From the IMG/VR virus record IMGVR_UViG_3300028591_000080, positions 1 to 64,000 of that record: a DNA stretch of 64,000 nucleotides; one strand, 5' to 3'. Position numbers and translations under genes: made by a program. The DNA comes from a virus. Taxonomy: Duplodnaviria > Heunggongvirae > Uroviricota > Caudoviricetes. Positions 34,381 through 47,036 of this stretch are shown here, in pieces. The notes under the pieces are model-generated. The model was not told the origin of the DNA and ran no database searches. It was given only the letters and a program-made list of their open reading frames with translations. Within the stretch, counting starts at the first letter, position 1. Each line of letters opens with the position of its first letter.

Positions 34381-35808
34381 TTAGTCAACAATCTTACCAA
34401 ATACTAATAGACTTGGGTTAACAAGTGCCTTAGCATAGTAAGTAGAGAAGCCTTGAGCTAAACCACCATCTGGTGTACCTAATAGGTTAGTAGGAACGAT
34501 AGCCATGTAAGGAGCATATACACCTGCAGATGAAACCATATCAGAACCATTTAAACCGATGAAGTATTCACCATCATTTAATAATGGAGATACATAAACT
34601 GCAAGACCATTTAATTGACCAGCTTTATAAGGACCATAGATCTTGTTAGGAGTAGTATCCTTATAACCTTGAACGAACTCTAATACGTTAAGAACGTCTG
34701 GAGCACATACCATGTAGTTAGGTAAGAACTTCTTAGTTCTCTTGTAGATAATAGTTCTAGCCTTAGATAAAGTATTTAAGAATGAACTATAGTGTCTGAA
34801 CATATCAACACCAAGAGGTAAAGTCTTAGAGAATGTAGTTAACTTTAATTCGTCAGCAGTAGTTTCAGCCTTAGCAGCTTGATATAACATATCAACGATT
34901 TCAGTATCGATTTCATAATTTAATTCACCAACTGCTTGTTCAGCAATTTGCTTATCTAATGAGAAACCATAATCAGTCTTAGCTTGGAAAGCAGTGATTT
35001 GATCATACTTAACAGCGATACGTCTAGGTTCAGCAACTAGAGGAATGTTCTTCATAACAGGTCCAATTGTTGGAATGTCTTGAGCAGGAACATTAGTCAT
35101 TTGGAATTCGTTTGAAGCATAAATAGCTTTAATAGCACCAGCTGGAACTGCATCAGTAACAGTCTTGTACTCGAAATGATTCTTCTTAGTTTGAGCATCT
35201 CTAACAACATACTTAATATCAGCGTAAGCTACATTGTTTCTAACAGTGTATGCTACACCACCAGTGTACATATCAGAACCATCAGCAGCAACTCTATCTT
35301 GAGGAACAGCGAATGAACCCTTAACGATATCCTTAGCTTCAGTAGAAAGATCTAATGCAGCATAAGTATCAGTTGCAGCATCATAAGCAGCAGCATCTAC
35401 GATGTAAGCAGAAGTGAAGTTTTGACGAGCAGCATTCATTTCACCAAGACCGAATACACTATTGAATGTATCACCAGCTTTTACACCACCCTTATTAGTT
35501 CTTGATTGATACTCTAAGTAAGCAACAGAACCAGAGAATGAAGTTAAAGCGTGAGTAATAACTAAGTCATTAGCAATTAAGCTTGGAACTGAGATATTAG
35601 TTAAGTTTAAGCAGAATTTCTTGTAATCACCAAGATCTGTTCTAGTTGTAGCGAAAGATTCTCTCATTGAGATGAATTTATTTGTGTTTTCAATTAACAC
35701 AGCAGTGTTAAGTCTTGTTCTATCAGAAATCTTCTTACCGAAGTTTTCAGCAACGAAAGACTCAGCAACTTTAATTTGACGGCCATATTTTTCCATTAAA
35801 TTTGCCAT
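34381..35808 (-). CDS. Major capsid protein (T4 gp23-like)
   Basis: AEPRRIAVKY, ELNYEIDTEI, AGVYAPY motifs; high-expression codon usage; strong terminator. Confidence 0.93.
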   Translation of the reverse strand: MANLMEKYGRQIKVAESFVAENFGKKISDRTRLNTAVLIENTNKFISMRESFATTRTDLGDYKKFCLNLTNISVPSLIANDLVITHALTSFSGSVAYLEYQSRTNKGGVKAGDTFNSVFGLGEMNAARQNFTSAYIVDAAAYDAATDTYAALDLSTEAKDIVKGSFAVPQDRVAADGSDMYTGGVAYTVRNNVAYADIKYVVRDAQTKKNHFEYKTVTDAVPAGAIKAIYASNEFQMTNVPAQDIPTIGPVMKNIPLVAEPRRIAVKYDQITAFQAKTDYGFSLDKQIAEQAVGELNYEIDTEIVDMLYQAAKAETTADELKLTTFSKTLPLGVDMFRHYSSFLNTLSKARTIIYKRTKKFLPNYMVCAPDVLNVLEFVQGYKDTTPNKIYGPYKAGQLNGLAVYVSPLLNDGEYFIGLNGSDMVSSAGVYAPYMAIVPTNLLGTPDGGLAQGFSTYYAKALVNPSLLVFGKIVD

Positions 35809-35844
35809 AATGTTTTTCTCCTATAATATTTTCTAATTTAAATT

Positions 35845-37824
35845 TTAATATTCCATATTTGCAAGTTCTAGAGCCCAATCAGCGATCTCATATCCAGCAT
35901 CCTCTTTAGGAGCTTGTTGTCTTTGTAGGCCTTCACTGAATTTAACTTTAGTATTTGCATTTGTTAAAGGTAAATGACTCATATTTGACATTGTCATACC
36001 TTCATTTAAGATTTGATCACATACTTGATCTACATCATCTGTAGTATAGTTTTTGTCTAGTCTACTTGTGATCTCTGAAGCTCTAACATTTAACATATTA
36101 GCTTTTGATTCAACATATTTTTGCATTACACCTAAATACATTGATTTGTACTTCTTAGCTACATCAGTTCTTTCAGCATATTTTTGCTTATAGTTTGTAG
36201 CTTGTTCAACTAATTGTTGTTTTAACTTAGTAACTTCTAATTTAGTAGAATCTAAACTTTCAGTTAATTTGTTATTAGATAATTTTTCACTTAAAGCTTT
36301 AATTTGGTTATCTTTTTCAGCTAACTGATTGTTTAAGTTTTGAATTTCTAATTTTGATTTCTTATATTGAGACGCAACCTGACTTGTTCTATTGAAAGCT
36401 TCTTTGTATTGGTTAAGTTCCTTATCTAATTCATTAACCTTAGCATCACTAACTGTCTTTTCGTTTTCTAAAGTCTTAACTTTTTGTTCTAAAGCTTTAT
36501 TTTCACGAACAGTTTTCTTGAAGTCCTCTATAAATGAATCATCTACTAATTCCTCTGCTCCAGTATCACTAGCTGCACCGTTTTCGTTTCCGAATACATC
36601 AATAGTTTCTTCAGTTTCAGGATTATCTATGTTTTCATCGTTCTCTTCAGGAGCGATGGTACCACCTATAACAAGGTTATCTTCATCAGTCTTATCAAAA
36701 TAAAGGTTAATATTCATTTCTTTATTATCAATTTCAACTGGTAGTACTTTTACTACTGCATCTTTATCAAGACCTTTGAATGCATCTGTAATTTCTTTTA
36801 CAGTAAATTCATTCTTAGGTTCAAATTCTTCAGATTCGTCATCAGACTTGTCATCTTTCTTCTTTTCTGACTTGTCCTCTTTTTTATCTTTTTTATCTTC
36901 TTTTTTATCTTTATCTGAATCTTTTTCTTCTTCTTTATCTTTATCTTTATCTTCTGGTTGATCTTCGTCCTTTTTAGCTTCGTCTAAATCATCTAAGCCT
37001 TCGTTTAACCAGCTATCGAAATCATCAATATTTACATATTCAATTTCAATTCCATCTGGTGTTGTTTTTGGAGCATTATTTAAATCAAACATTTTATCTG
37101 AGATAGCTTCAGTTACAACATTTTCTGGACTAAGATTTTCATCATCTAAGTTTATCTTTAAATTATCTAAAGCATTTTCCATAATTTTTCGATCTCCATC
37201 TGAAGCTGTACTTAAAGCTTCTTTTAATTCTCTCTTCATTTTCTTCATAGCGGTTTTTTGTTTTGCATCATAAGATTCAACGAATGTTAAACGTGCATCT
37301 TTAACTGCTGGAAGTAATACTAAATCAAAAGTTTGAAAATCATAAGAAGTTGGATCAACAGACTCATGTCCGTCATAATCAGAAATTAATTCACCAGAAC
37401 CTCTTGAACTAATACCTCATTTAAAACCATACTTAGCTAAAGTATAAACAATTTTACCACTTGGGGTATCTAGGATATCAACATAAGTAATTAAATGTCC
37501 ATCTTTATCTTTTTTAGGTCTTTCTGGAAGAATAGCTGCAATGTTAATTGAAGTAGTTTCTTCTCTATCTCCTAATGGGTGGTCTAGTTCCATTGGAATA
37601 CCACCATTATCAAACATTTCTTTTACTATTTCATTTTTTTCAAATACATTAGTCCATAACTCATCACCATAGAAACGATCATTTCTTGTTGGTGCAATGA
37701 ATGAAGCACAAGGACCATAAAGTCTACCAAGAATTCCTCTTGATTGTTTTTCTTCAGGAGTTAATTCTTGAAAATGTAATGCTTCACGGATTTTATCTGT
37801 TGATAAATTCGTAGTGTTATTCAT
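35845..37824 (-). CDS. Prohead protease (T4 gp21-like) fused to scaffold/core protein (659 aa, 1 TGA)
   Basis: NDRFY, ELDHP, ILDTPSGK, (W)GISSRGSG, FDLVLLPA, then a coiled coil; TGA at 37417. Confidence 0.9.
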
Positions 37825-37867
37825 GAACTTACCTCCATTACATATCATTAATCAATTTGATTACAAA

Positions 37868-37877
37868 TAATTTAGCA
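37868..37877 (-). promoter_or_regulatory. Putative late promoter box TGCTAAATTA
   Basis: Upstream of the protease-capsid operon. Confidence 0.65.
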
Positions 37878-37904
37878 AATAATTCTTAGTTACTATTTTA
37901 AAAA

Positions 37905-38390
37905 TTAATTACCTGCAGGTTCTGTAACTGGTGCTGCTGGTGCATCAAATTCTGCAGAGAATTCTTTTCCACCATAAGTAAATTTAGCAAGATACTTATT
38001 TGTTTCTTGAATAAGTGTACACTCTACATCTTCAACAGTAGCTTGTTCGTGGCACTTAGTGCATATAAGTGTAAAATCTGCAGTATGATTTGTAGCATCA
38101 AATGAAGACGTTGAAATTGACCAATCATGAGCACAAGTTGAAACAAATAACTTTCTAACTTCTGTTAACTCTGGATCAACTTTACGATCAATAGCTCTAT
38201 TTGCACCTAGTACATATCTGATTGCATCACCATCTTGATAAAAGTTAGCAGTCTTTAATGTTTGAGCTTTTGTTTTATCAATGATAGTTTCATCAGCAGC
38301 TGGATTTAAAACATCTTTAGTAGCATGTAAAGTTCTTACACCGTCTTCATTAACAGTATATACTTTTTTATAACCATTCTCTAATTTCAT
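37905..38390 (-). CDS. Hypothetical late protein (possible head decoration)
   Basis: RBS, late box at 38451; CAHDW...CTKC motif. Confidence 0.55.
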   Translation of the reverse strand: MKLENGYKKVYTVNEDGVRTLHATKDVLNPAADETIIDKTKAQTLKTANFYQDGDAIRYVLGANRAIDRKVDPELTEVRKLFVSTCAHDWSISTSSFDATNHTADFTLICTKCHEQATVEDVECTLIQETNKYLAKFTYGGKEFSAEFDAPAAPVTEPAGN

Positions 38391-38450
38391 TTAATATCTC
38401 CTTAATTGTTAATTTGAGAAGTTGAAAAAGATTTAAAAATCTAAATCATT

Positions 38451-38460
38451 TAATTTAGCA
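38451..38460 (-). promoter_or_regulatory. Putative late promoter box TGCTAAATTA
   Basis: Just downstream of a terminator. Confidence 0.65.
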
Positions 38461-38480
38461 GATTTTATAAAATAAAAATA

Positions 38481-38506
38481 AAAAAAGGTGAATTAATTCA
38501 CCTTTT
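38481..38506 (-). terminator. Intrinsic terminator
   Basis: AAAAGGTGAA/TTCACCTTTT hairpin with U tract. Confidence 0.75.
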
Positions 38507-38531
38507 AAATGTTTAACTATTTTAAATATTT

Positions 38532-39002
38532 TTAAGATAATTCTCTTCTACCACTTATATATTCTAAAACTAATAAGTCTGATCGAACTAATCTTAATAA
38601 TTTTTTACATAAATCTAAATTGCCAGTTTGTCTAAAATTTTCCAAAGCTTGTAATATTTCATTTAAACGAACTTCATTAAAGAAAATATCTGAAACGTTT
38701 TCATTCTTATTTTTATATAAGAAAATTTGAGTCAATAAGCTAGATAAAACTATTAATACTTCAGAATCATCTAATTCTTCATTTACAAGATTTACATATA
38801 ATTGAGATTTTGATTTATTATGTTTTTGTCTAAGAACCTCATAGAAGTTTGCAGCATTCATGCCTTGGTTTTCTACAATAAATTTTAATACTTCTAATGG
38901 TACATCTTTAGATAACATTAATCTTCTAATATATGAATTTACTTCTTTACCTTTATCTTCTAGCTCTAATAATAAATTCATGCAATCATTTTTAGATAAC
39001 AT
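38532..39002 (-). CDS. Hypothetical protein
   Basis: ORF with AAAGGA RBS after the portal gene. Confidence 0.65.
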   Translation of the reverse strand: MLSKNDCMNLLLELEDKGKEVNSYIRRLMLSKDVPLEVLKFIVENQGMNAANFYEVLRQKHNKSKSQLYVNLVNEELDDSEVLIVLSSLLTQIFLYKNKNENVSDIFFNEVRLNEILQALENFRQTGNLDLCKKLLRLVRSDLLVLEYISGRRELS

Positions 39003-39025
39003 ATTTTATTCCTTTCAAATATTAA

Positions 39026-41089
39026 TTATTTATTTTTAGTAAAATCTACTTTATCATCTAATTCTTCTGGAGTTGGAAGATCTTCTGATTCATCTAGAAA
39101 ATCAACATCCTCGTTTAATGTTACTGCATCTGGGTTAGTATTATTGAAAGATTCAGCTGTTGGTAAATCAGTAAGATTTAAGTCTAGATTTAAATCGTCA
39201 CCTTCACTAGCTGTTTCACCTTCAGAAGCTGGTGCTTCGTTAGTTCCACCAGCCTCACCTGTACCACCAGGAACATTTGCTGGCTCGGCATTAGCAGCTT
39301 CACCATTAGCAGCATCTAGAGCAGCTTGTTTAGCTTCCTCTTCTTTTTGTTTCTTAGCTTCAGCTTCAGCAGCTTTTGCTAATTTAATTTCTTCGTCTAG
39401 TACTTGAAGAATTTCATCTTCACCATAATCAACCATCTTATATAAATTCTTTAAGATAATTAATCTACTACTCTTTGTTTCAACATCTTGGAATAAAGCA
39501 TTAGCAGTTGATACAGCATTTAAACGATTTGTTAATTTTTCTCTATAATTAAGTTCTTCTTGAGAAACTGGAGGTCTCATCTTAATAGTATATCTATGTA
39601 CATAAGATTTTAAACCTTTTTTAATACAATATAAATCTACTGCTGTATTAATACCTTGAATTAAAGCATTTTGAACTTGAGAAACTTTCTTTTGGAAAAT
39701 TGTTGAAGTAATAGTTAATGCAGTACCACCATTGAATCCAGCACCATCTTCAGTTAATCCAAAATATTGTTTAGGAATACCAAATGCACCGTAGAATCTA
39801 TCATTCCATTTATCTAAGTCAGTTAAATTCTTTGGATCATAATCTCCACCTACAGTATCAACTGTGATAGCACCTTTACCATTCTTAGTATTATTATAAA
39901 TCCAGTTTTCGATTGGACCTGGGCTATTATAATCTGAAGCATTTTTACCACTTAAGAAAGCACGTTTTTGTTCAAACATATCTTTTACTTGGTGTAATAA
40001 TTGATTAGCTTTAGTTCTATCCATATTAGCTGTTTCAATAGAAACAATTCTAAATACTGATGAACGAGTTAATCTTGCAAGTAATAATGCTGATTCAATA
40101 AGAGTTTTTTCTCTCCAAATCTTATAAACATCATAGAATAATGATTTTCCTCTAATAACATCAAAAGCATAAGTTGTTGATTTTAAATTTGAACGATTCT
40201 TAGCATTCTTATCTTTAATGTCAGGTTCCATTATTAAATCAATAGTTTCTGGGAATCTTGATTGACCATCAGATAGATAAATATGAATATAATCTTCAGC
40301 GTCATGAAGTATAATATCATTTGATTTAACTTTATAATTAAATGATCCACCACCATTTAATGCATTAGAATTTAAACCAGTATTAGCAGCATATGCATCT
40401 TGATTAGCTAATTGAGTAATATCATTTGGAGTTTCGACATATCCAAAAGTAATATCATTTTGATTTAATTCAAACATAGTAGCAGGATCTGGAACTAATT
40501 TTAATCTCCAACAGAATTCATCATTAGCATTCTTTAAATCTAATTGAATAGTCTCATTTAAATGAGATTTAGCACTATACATATTTTGAATACTTTGTGA
40601 ATTAAAAATTGTATTTGAAAAGTCAGAATTTCTTAAATTTTTTAAATAAATATCACCATATTTAACAAGATTAAATGCCCATCCAAAAATATTTTTATCT
40701 ACATTCATAGTATTTAATACATAATTTACGAATTTACTAATTTTTGGATCATCAGATTCAGCTCAAACAATATGACCATTATCTCCAACTTCACAAACAT
40801 TTTCTGTTAAAATTCTTGCAATAGCTGAAACTGATGCATCTTGGAACATTGTGTCTAATTGACTATACATATAATCTCTTGAATTTGAAATTTGTGTAAA
40901 CTTTTCAAGTTCTGAGAAATTTACTCTATCTTCTAATCCACCTAAAATTAAAATGTCTTCTAACGTTTTATTTAAATCTACATCTAATCGAGTATTATCG
41001 TTATTATTAGGAGTCGCTTGAATTAGTGTTCCTACTAATTGAGATGCTTGTTTTTTAATTTTTTTAATTTTGTTATCATTTTCTGGCAT
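39026..41089 (-). CDS. Portal protein (T4 gp20-like, 687 aa, 1 TGA)
   Basis: WAFNLVKYGD, ESALLLARLTRS, FYGAFGIPKQY; follows terminase; TGA at 40763. Confidence 0.9.
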
Positions 41090-41105
41090 TTTATTCTCCT
41101 AATTA

Positions 41106-43220
41106 TTATATACAAATTATTCCATTAGAAATTGCTATTGAATTTATAGCATCATCATCTATTGCAGTATCATCTAGGTCTCCATAATATTTTGGATTAC
41201 CATATTCATCAACTTCAATATATTTTTCTTTAGACATTACATTTAATAGATTTTTTCCAAAATCATGTTTTTCAATCTCATTTTGACTTGTATTACTTGG
41301 TTTTGAAATTTGAACAGTTGTTTCAATTGAATCACCAAAATCAAATGAACATTTTTCACCATTTTTACTAGCTGTTCATACTGCACCACAGACTGCATCG
41401 GCTTGGTCCTTAGAACCATATTTACCATTTTCAGGGTGGTTGATGTGTCCATCAGCTTCACGTTCCAATCCTAATAACTCTTCAGTTAATAGTTTAGCTT
41501 TGTCATACATTATGAAACGGCGTTCATAAATTGCTGTTTTAAAATAGTGATAAGGTAAACAAACTTTCTTTTTATTTTCTAGCGATGTTGTTCTATCTAC
41601 TGATAATACTTCTGTTTCAAATCCATCAGCTTTTAATTCTTGTAAAAGAGTAGCAGATTGGTGAGTATCTGATGTAATCATTTTAATATCAAATCCATTA
41701 TCTTTTAACCAATTTATAAATATTCTATGCTTTATTGAACTAATATGTGCGCCTCTAGGATTTTTAATTGAAACTGAGAAAGCTAATTTATAAATTAACA
41801 TCTGAGATTCTACACTAGATTCTTGTAAAATTAATTTTGATAATTGACTAAAATCATTTTCGATCATTTTAGATTTATCGAATGATTCATCTCTACCAGT
41901 TATTCATACGCCTGCAATACCAGTCATGTCTCCAGACTCAGATAAGTCTAAGTGAATAAATAATGGTTTTTCTTTGTCTTTATCACTAACTCTACTTAAA
42001 TCAAAGTATTCTGAATATTGATGTAAATCATCTTCTCCATCTCCAATTTCAAGTATATCATTCAAGAATGGATTTTCATAATCAGTAGTTTTTGTTTTAA
42101 CTAATCTTTCACCTGAAATATATTTTAAAGATGCTGCTGTTGCAATACCAATGATAGAACAAATTGCTTCATCAAGGTTTAATTGGAATGTATCTAAGTA
42201 TCCAATTGGAACTTGTCACATTGTATAATTTTTATTTCTATATTCATCAACTAATTCTGGAGTTGCATCTAATGGTAATAATTCATTAGCAAGAACTTTA
42301 TCTCCAATAGCTACCCAGAATTTTTGAGGTGAATCTTTTCTCGGGTCAACTACCCATTGAGGTTCATCTACAATTAAAGTATTTTTACTTTCATTCTTTT
42401 GTTTATTTTGAATAAATTCTTCTAGGAAAGATTGTTCACTATCTTTTGAAGATGCGATAATATTTAATGTAGGTAAGTAGGTACCACGCATGAAACGTGA
42501 TTTCATACGAGCATCTACTTGAGTAATAATTTTCATCATTCTCTTCTTAGACTTAACTGGGTCTTGAACAAGAGAGAAGTTAACTTCATCTGTAAAGTTA
42601 GCAAACAAAGCACGACCTATGATCTGATTATTACTTGAAGCACAAATAATTTCAATATGTTTATCAGTAACATATCTCATATTAGTTGTACCATGCATTT
42701 CACCATGACTCATAAACCATTCACTAGCTAAAAGCATTGAATTCATTTTATCTAATGCGACACCTCTAGCATTTTCTAATGTAATATTCATCATTGAAAT
42801 ACTTAATTTATCAATACTTTGCATTCCATAATATTGATATGGATCTCTTAAACAAAGTAATCTATATAATAAATATAATAAACAAATAACTGCTATAGTT
42901 GATTTACCTAAACCGATAGCTCCTGTAAATACTATAGTATTATATTTTGTTGAAGTATTAGTTGGAAATATATCTTCTAAACATTTTTCTCAGTATGGGA
43001 ATACTGTAAACTTACCTTCAGCATCATATAATGCATTTCCTAAATATCGTTTGTCATGTAAGAATGTATGAATATCTACTGGAAATTCGTCCCATTCCAT
43101 AGATTGTAATGAATCTAAAAGTTCAGATTTTCCAGTTTTAGAATATTCTTTTAAGATTTGTAAAACGACTTTTTGTTCTTCAGTTGAGAGTTTATTAAAT
43201 TTTTCTTGATCAAAATTCAT
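41106..43220 (-). CDS. terL: Terminase large subunit (704 aa, 4 TGA)
   Basis: FPY(W), Walker A GAIGLGKS, Walker B FTDE, IHLDLSESGD, KDQADAVCGAV(W); TGA at 42990, 42216, 41904, 41376. Confidence 0.92.
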
Positions 43221-43272
43221 AATATTCTCCAATCTGGATATATTATATATTATATATATAATACAATATTAA

Positions 43273-44805
43273 CTATACTGGTTGTTCTTCATCTTCTTTA
43301 GGAGGTTCAATAGGTTTTGAAGCTTCTTTATCAGCTTTTTCAGATTCTTTTTGAGCAAGTTTATTAGCTCTTTCTGTCTCTTTAACAGCTTTTTGTAAAT
43401 TCTTTTTATTTGGATCAACTTGTTGTTTAGTATTTTCTTCTTTTTGTTCAGCTTCAAGCTTATCAGCGTAAACAGGGTTAATATTAGAACCTTTTTGGAA
43501 TTTACCTCTATTTTTACCATACTCATTAATAGCATCAATAAAGCTTTCATTTGAATCTAAACAATCTTGTAATGTTTCTTTATCTAATAAATCTTGATCA
43601 ACCATTTCATCACTAGTAATTCCATATAATTTAGGGAATATTAATTTTAAGAATAATTTTTGAGACTTTTCTGACATATAATGAATATAGTTATTAATAA
43701 CTGAAGCAACTTTTAAAATTCAATCTCCATTATTTAAAACTAATAAAGAGTGTTTACAACCACGACCTTGATCATCATTTGGATTTGCAATTCCTTTACC
43801 TTGTCCTGGGTCATGTGCTGAATCTAAAGTAGAAACACCTCTTATAATATTCCAATGTGAAAAATGATATTTATGATCTGGACATGTACAATTTATTTGT
43901 AAATCAGCACTATTAAAAATTTTAGTTAATGCTTGAACAACAATTTTATATTCTAATTTGAATTTATTATTTTTTAAAATTTTTGCTAGTTCAGCAATAA
44001 CTCCATCCATTCTAACTGTAACTAAATATTCATCTGATTCTCCAATTACAGGAATTTCTACCTCTAAAACATCATTTTTAAATAATTGATTCATATCAAT
44101 TTTATTATATTGTTTTACTGTTCTTGCAATTTTTGATAATTTCTTTCGTTCAAATCTATTTTTTCCATATTTTTGATTTTTATATGGACCAGCATTTCTT
44201 GAAGTTGAAACTAATTGCATTCTAGTATCTTCGGTGAAAAATTGTTTAAATAAATCTCTTTCACCTTCTTTATGAATTTCAATTTTCTTACATTCAATAA
44301 TTTCAAGATTTTTTGTTAATAAAATATAAAAATCTGAAGTACCAACAGAATATTGAATAGCATTAATTCCTAATTTATTTAAATAAATTGATAAATATTC
44401 GAACCAAGCTTTATTTCTCTTACTATCGTTTACATCAAAAGCATCGATTAGCTTATACATATCAATTAATTGTTCAATTTGAACGTTTTGTAATTGAGGT
44501 GCATTTAATATATCACAATTAGCATTTTGAAATTCATCATTATTTAAATTAATTCCATAGCTATTTAATATTTTATTAATAATATTTTTAGCTGACCAAT
44601 CAAATAAATCAGAAGAGAAAATTAATGGATTAATATTAAAATCTAATGTAAATGCATAAGCACTTCCGATAGGAATATTTAAATTGTCTCTTTTTTGAAA
44701 ATAATCGACAGCATCTAAATCAGAAGTAAAATGTGTAGTTGTAAAATCTAAATTTAAAATATCTTCTTCATTATTTATCCAAGAATATAACTGAATAAGT
44801 GCCAT
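43273..44805 (-). CDS. SWIM-type Zn-finger protein (510 aa, 1 TGA)
   Basis: CTCPD...GCKH; read-through at 43720. Confidence 0.7.
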
Positions 44806-44924
44806 ATAATTCTCCACTAGACATCAAAAATTTACGCTCAGGAAGCGTTTTAATGTTTATTTGAATATTCATATATAAACGGTAAAAAACGCATTTTTAC
44901 GTAATAAAATATTAATCGATCAGA

Positions 44925-44934
44925 TAATTTAGCA
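44925..44934 (-). promoter_or_regulatory. Putative late promoter box TGCTAAATTA
   Basis: Upstream of the SWIM-terminase-portal block. Confidence 0.65.
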
Positions 44935-44977
44935 ATAAGATAACATAAAAATAAAAAAAAAGATAATAGCTGAGCTA

Positions 44978-45613
44978 TTATCTTCTGTATTGTGCTTTAA
45001 ACTTTTCTAATTCCATTAATTCTTCTTGAGACATCTCGAAATCTGAATCTGGGAAGTCTGGAACATCATAAGTATCTGAATTAGATTGAACTGGAGCATC
45101 ATAATAACTATCTAATCCACCAGCAGTTACAGCTTGTTGATTATAACTTTCATTCATTCTTTGTTGATTTTGTGGAGCAAATACTGCATCACTCCATAAA
45201 TCATCATCTAATTGAGGAGCTCTAGTTTGTTGAGGCTGAGGTTGAACTCTTTGAACTTGTGGTTGAGGATTTCTATTTACAGGTCTTTGTTTGACTTGAG
45301 GTTGAACAGGTTGTGGTCTTTGAACTTGTGTTCTTTGTAAAACACTTTCATTTACCTTCTTTACTTCTGGTTCTTTTCTAACAATTTCAACATTTGAACC
45401 AATAGATTTTAATTTATTTTCAAAAGTACCTACTAAAATTAAATAAGTATCAATTAAATCATTTAATACTTCTTCAACATCTTTTGTATCTGAGTACTCA
45501 GCTTTAATTCCATCAATATCAGCTTTTAATGTAGCAATTCTATCCCAAGCGTCTGAAATATATGTAGATAGGAAAATCTCTGGAAGTTTTTGTTTCTTTT
45601 CATTTAAAATCAT
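44978..45613 (-). CDS. Hypothetical Q/P-rich protein, possible internal head protein
   Basis: MILNE start; VNES, MNES motifs. Confidence 0.6.
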   Translation of the reverse strand: MILNEKKQKLPEIFLSTYISDAWDRIATLKADIDGIKAEYSDTKDVEEVLNDLIDTYLILVGTFENKLKSIGSNVEIVRKEPEVKKVNESVLQRTQVQRPQPVQPQVKQRPVNRNPQPQVQRVQPQPQQTRAPQLDDDLWSDAVFAPQNQQRMNESYNQQAVTAGGLDSYYDAPVQSNSDTYDVPDFPDSDFEMSQEELMELEKFKAQYRR

Positions 45614-45662
45614 TTAAATTTCTCCTAATTATATCAATATATAATATAATACAACTTTTTAA

Positions 45663-47012
45663 TTAGTTTTCTAAATTTTCTAATGATAGTTCTTTAGATA
45701 ATACTTCGTTTTTTAAATCTTTTAATTTATCTAAATAACCTCTATTTCTAAATTCTTTAAAACATAAATTTTCTAAAGAATATTCACCATTTTCATCACT
45801 CATACCTTTTTTACGTTCTTCATAGATATCTGTAATTAGCTGTTCAATTTCTTCAACAGATGGATTTTCAAGAATTTCTTTATATCTATTTTCATAAGGT
45901 TTAACTAATTCTTCAACTTGATCGAAATCTATATCTGGAATCTTAGCTTGAACTGGGTGAACAATCCAATCATTATCTTTTACAGAATAAATACCATTAC
46001 TTCTTAATGGAGTATCATCTGTTTCAACATAAACTTCAACTGGAATTCCATAGAAACTAATGTCCATCTTTCTATTAAATAAAGATTTATAAGCACCATA
46101 TAATAATGGATATAAATCGTCTGGACAATCTAAATCATCAGTATTAGCAATAATATGAATATCTAAATCTGAGTCTTTAGTATAATTATAACTTACATTA
46201 GAACCAACTAAAATAATATCTTCAACATCAATCTTAATTCCATCTTCTTCTAGATCAGATAAAAAATATTCAACAATTAAATTAATTTTATCTAAAACTT
46301 CATCTTTTAATTTTTCATCTTCATTAAATAATTTTGGATTTAATGTTTCATGTTTTTCAATATCTTCATCTAATTGGTCTGATTTACCTTCCAATTGATC
46401 AGTCATGAATTTATGATTTTCTTGTCATTCATCTTCACTAAAATCAACTTTATAATCAAACATTAAAGACTTAATTTGATATAAATATAAATTAAATAAA
46501 TTTAATAGCGATTCTTTTACGCTATCATCTTGAGTTGTCTCAATTTGTTTTCTTAATCCATATAATTTTGATTTAGCATTATTTTTGTCAATAAAAATTA
46601 AATCTTCATTTAATTTATCATTTAATTCATCGTGATCTTTTGGATTAAATAATGTTATTTCAACATCAAATACATCATCGATAGTATCTAAAGAAAAATC
46701 AGTAGCAACTGGAGCTCAACCAGTATTTTCTTCTAATTCTTTAAATATTACACTTAAATCTTTAAAATAATTAGACCAAGTACCACAGCCATTTAAACCA
46801 CCACCAAGTCTAAATACATAGCGCTCAGTTTCGTGGTCTACAGTTCCTGGCTCACCTTTTTCTTTATAATATTTAATAGAATCTTCATCATATAAAACAT
46901 AGTTAGAAGTTTTTTTTGCAGTTGGAGTTTTTAATTTTAATATTTCTTTTTTAATTTTCTCGATATTATCTTCTGGAGCGAGCTCTTCAAATAAATTTCT
47001 GAAAATATCCAT
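45663..47012 (-). CDS. Multidomain protein with C-terminal pol-beta-type nucleotidyltransferase (449 aa, 2 TGA)
   Basis: GSNVSYNYTKDSDLDIH, PVEVYVE; TGA at 46716, 46425 joins two track ORFs. Confidence 0.8.
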
Positions 47013-47036
47013 AATGCACTCCTAAATATTTGTTAA

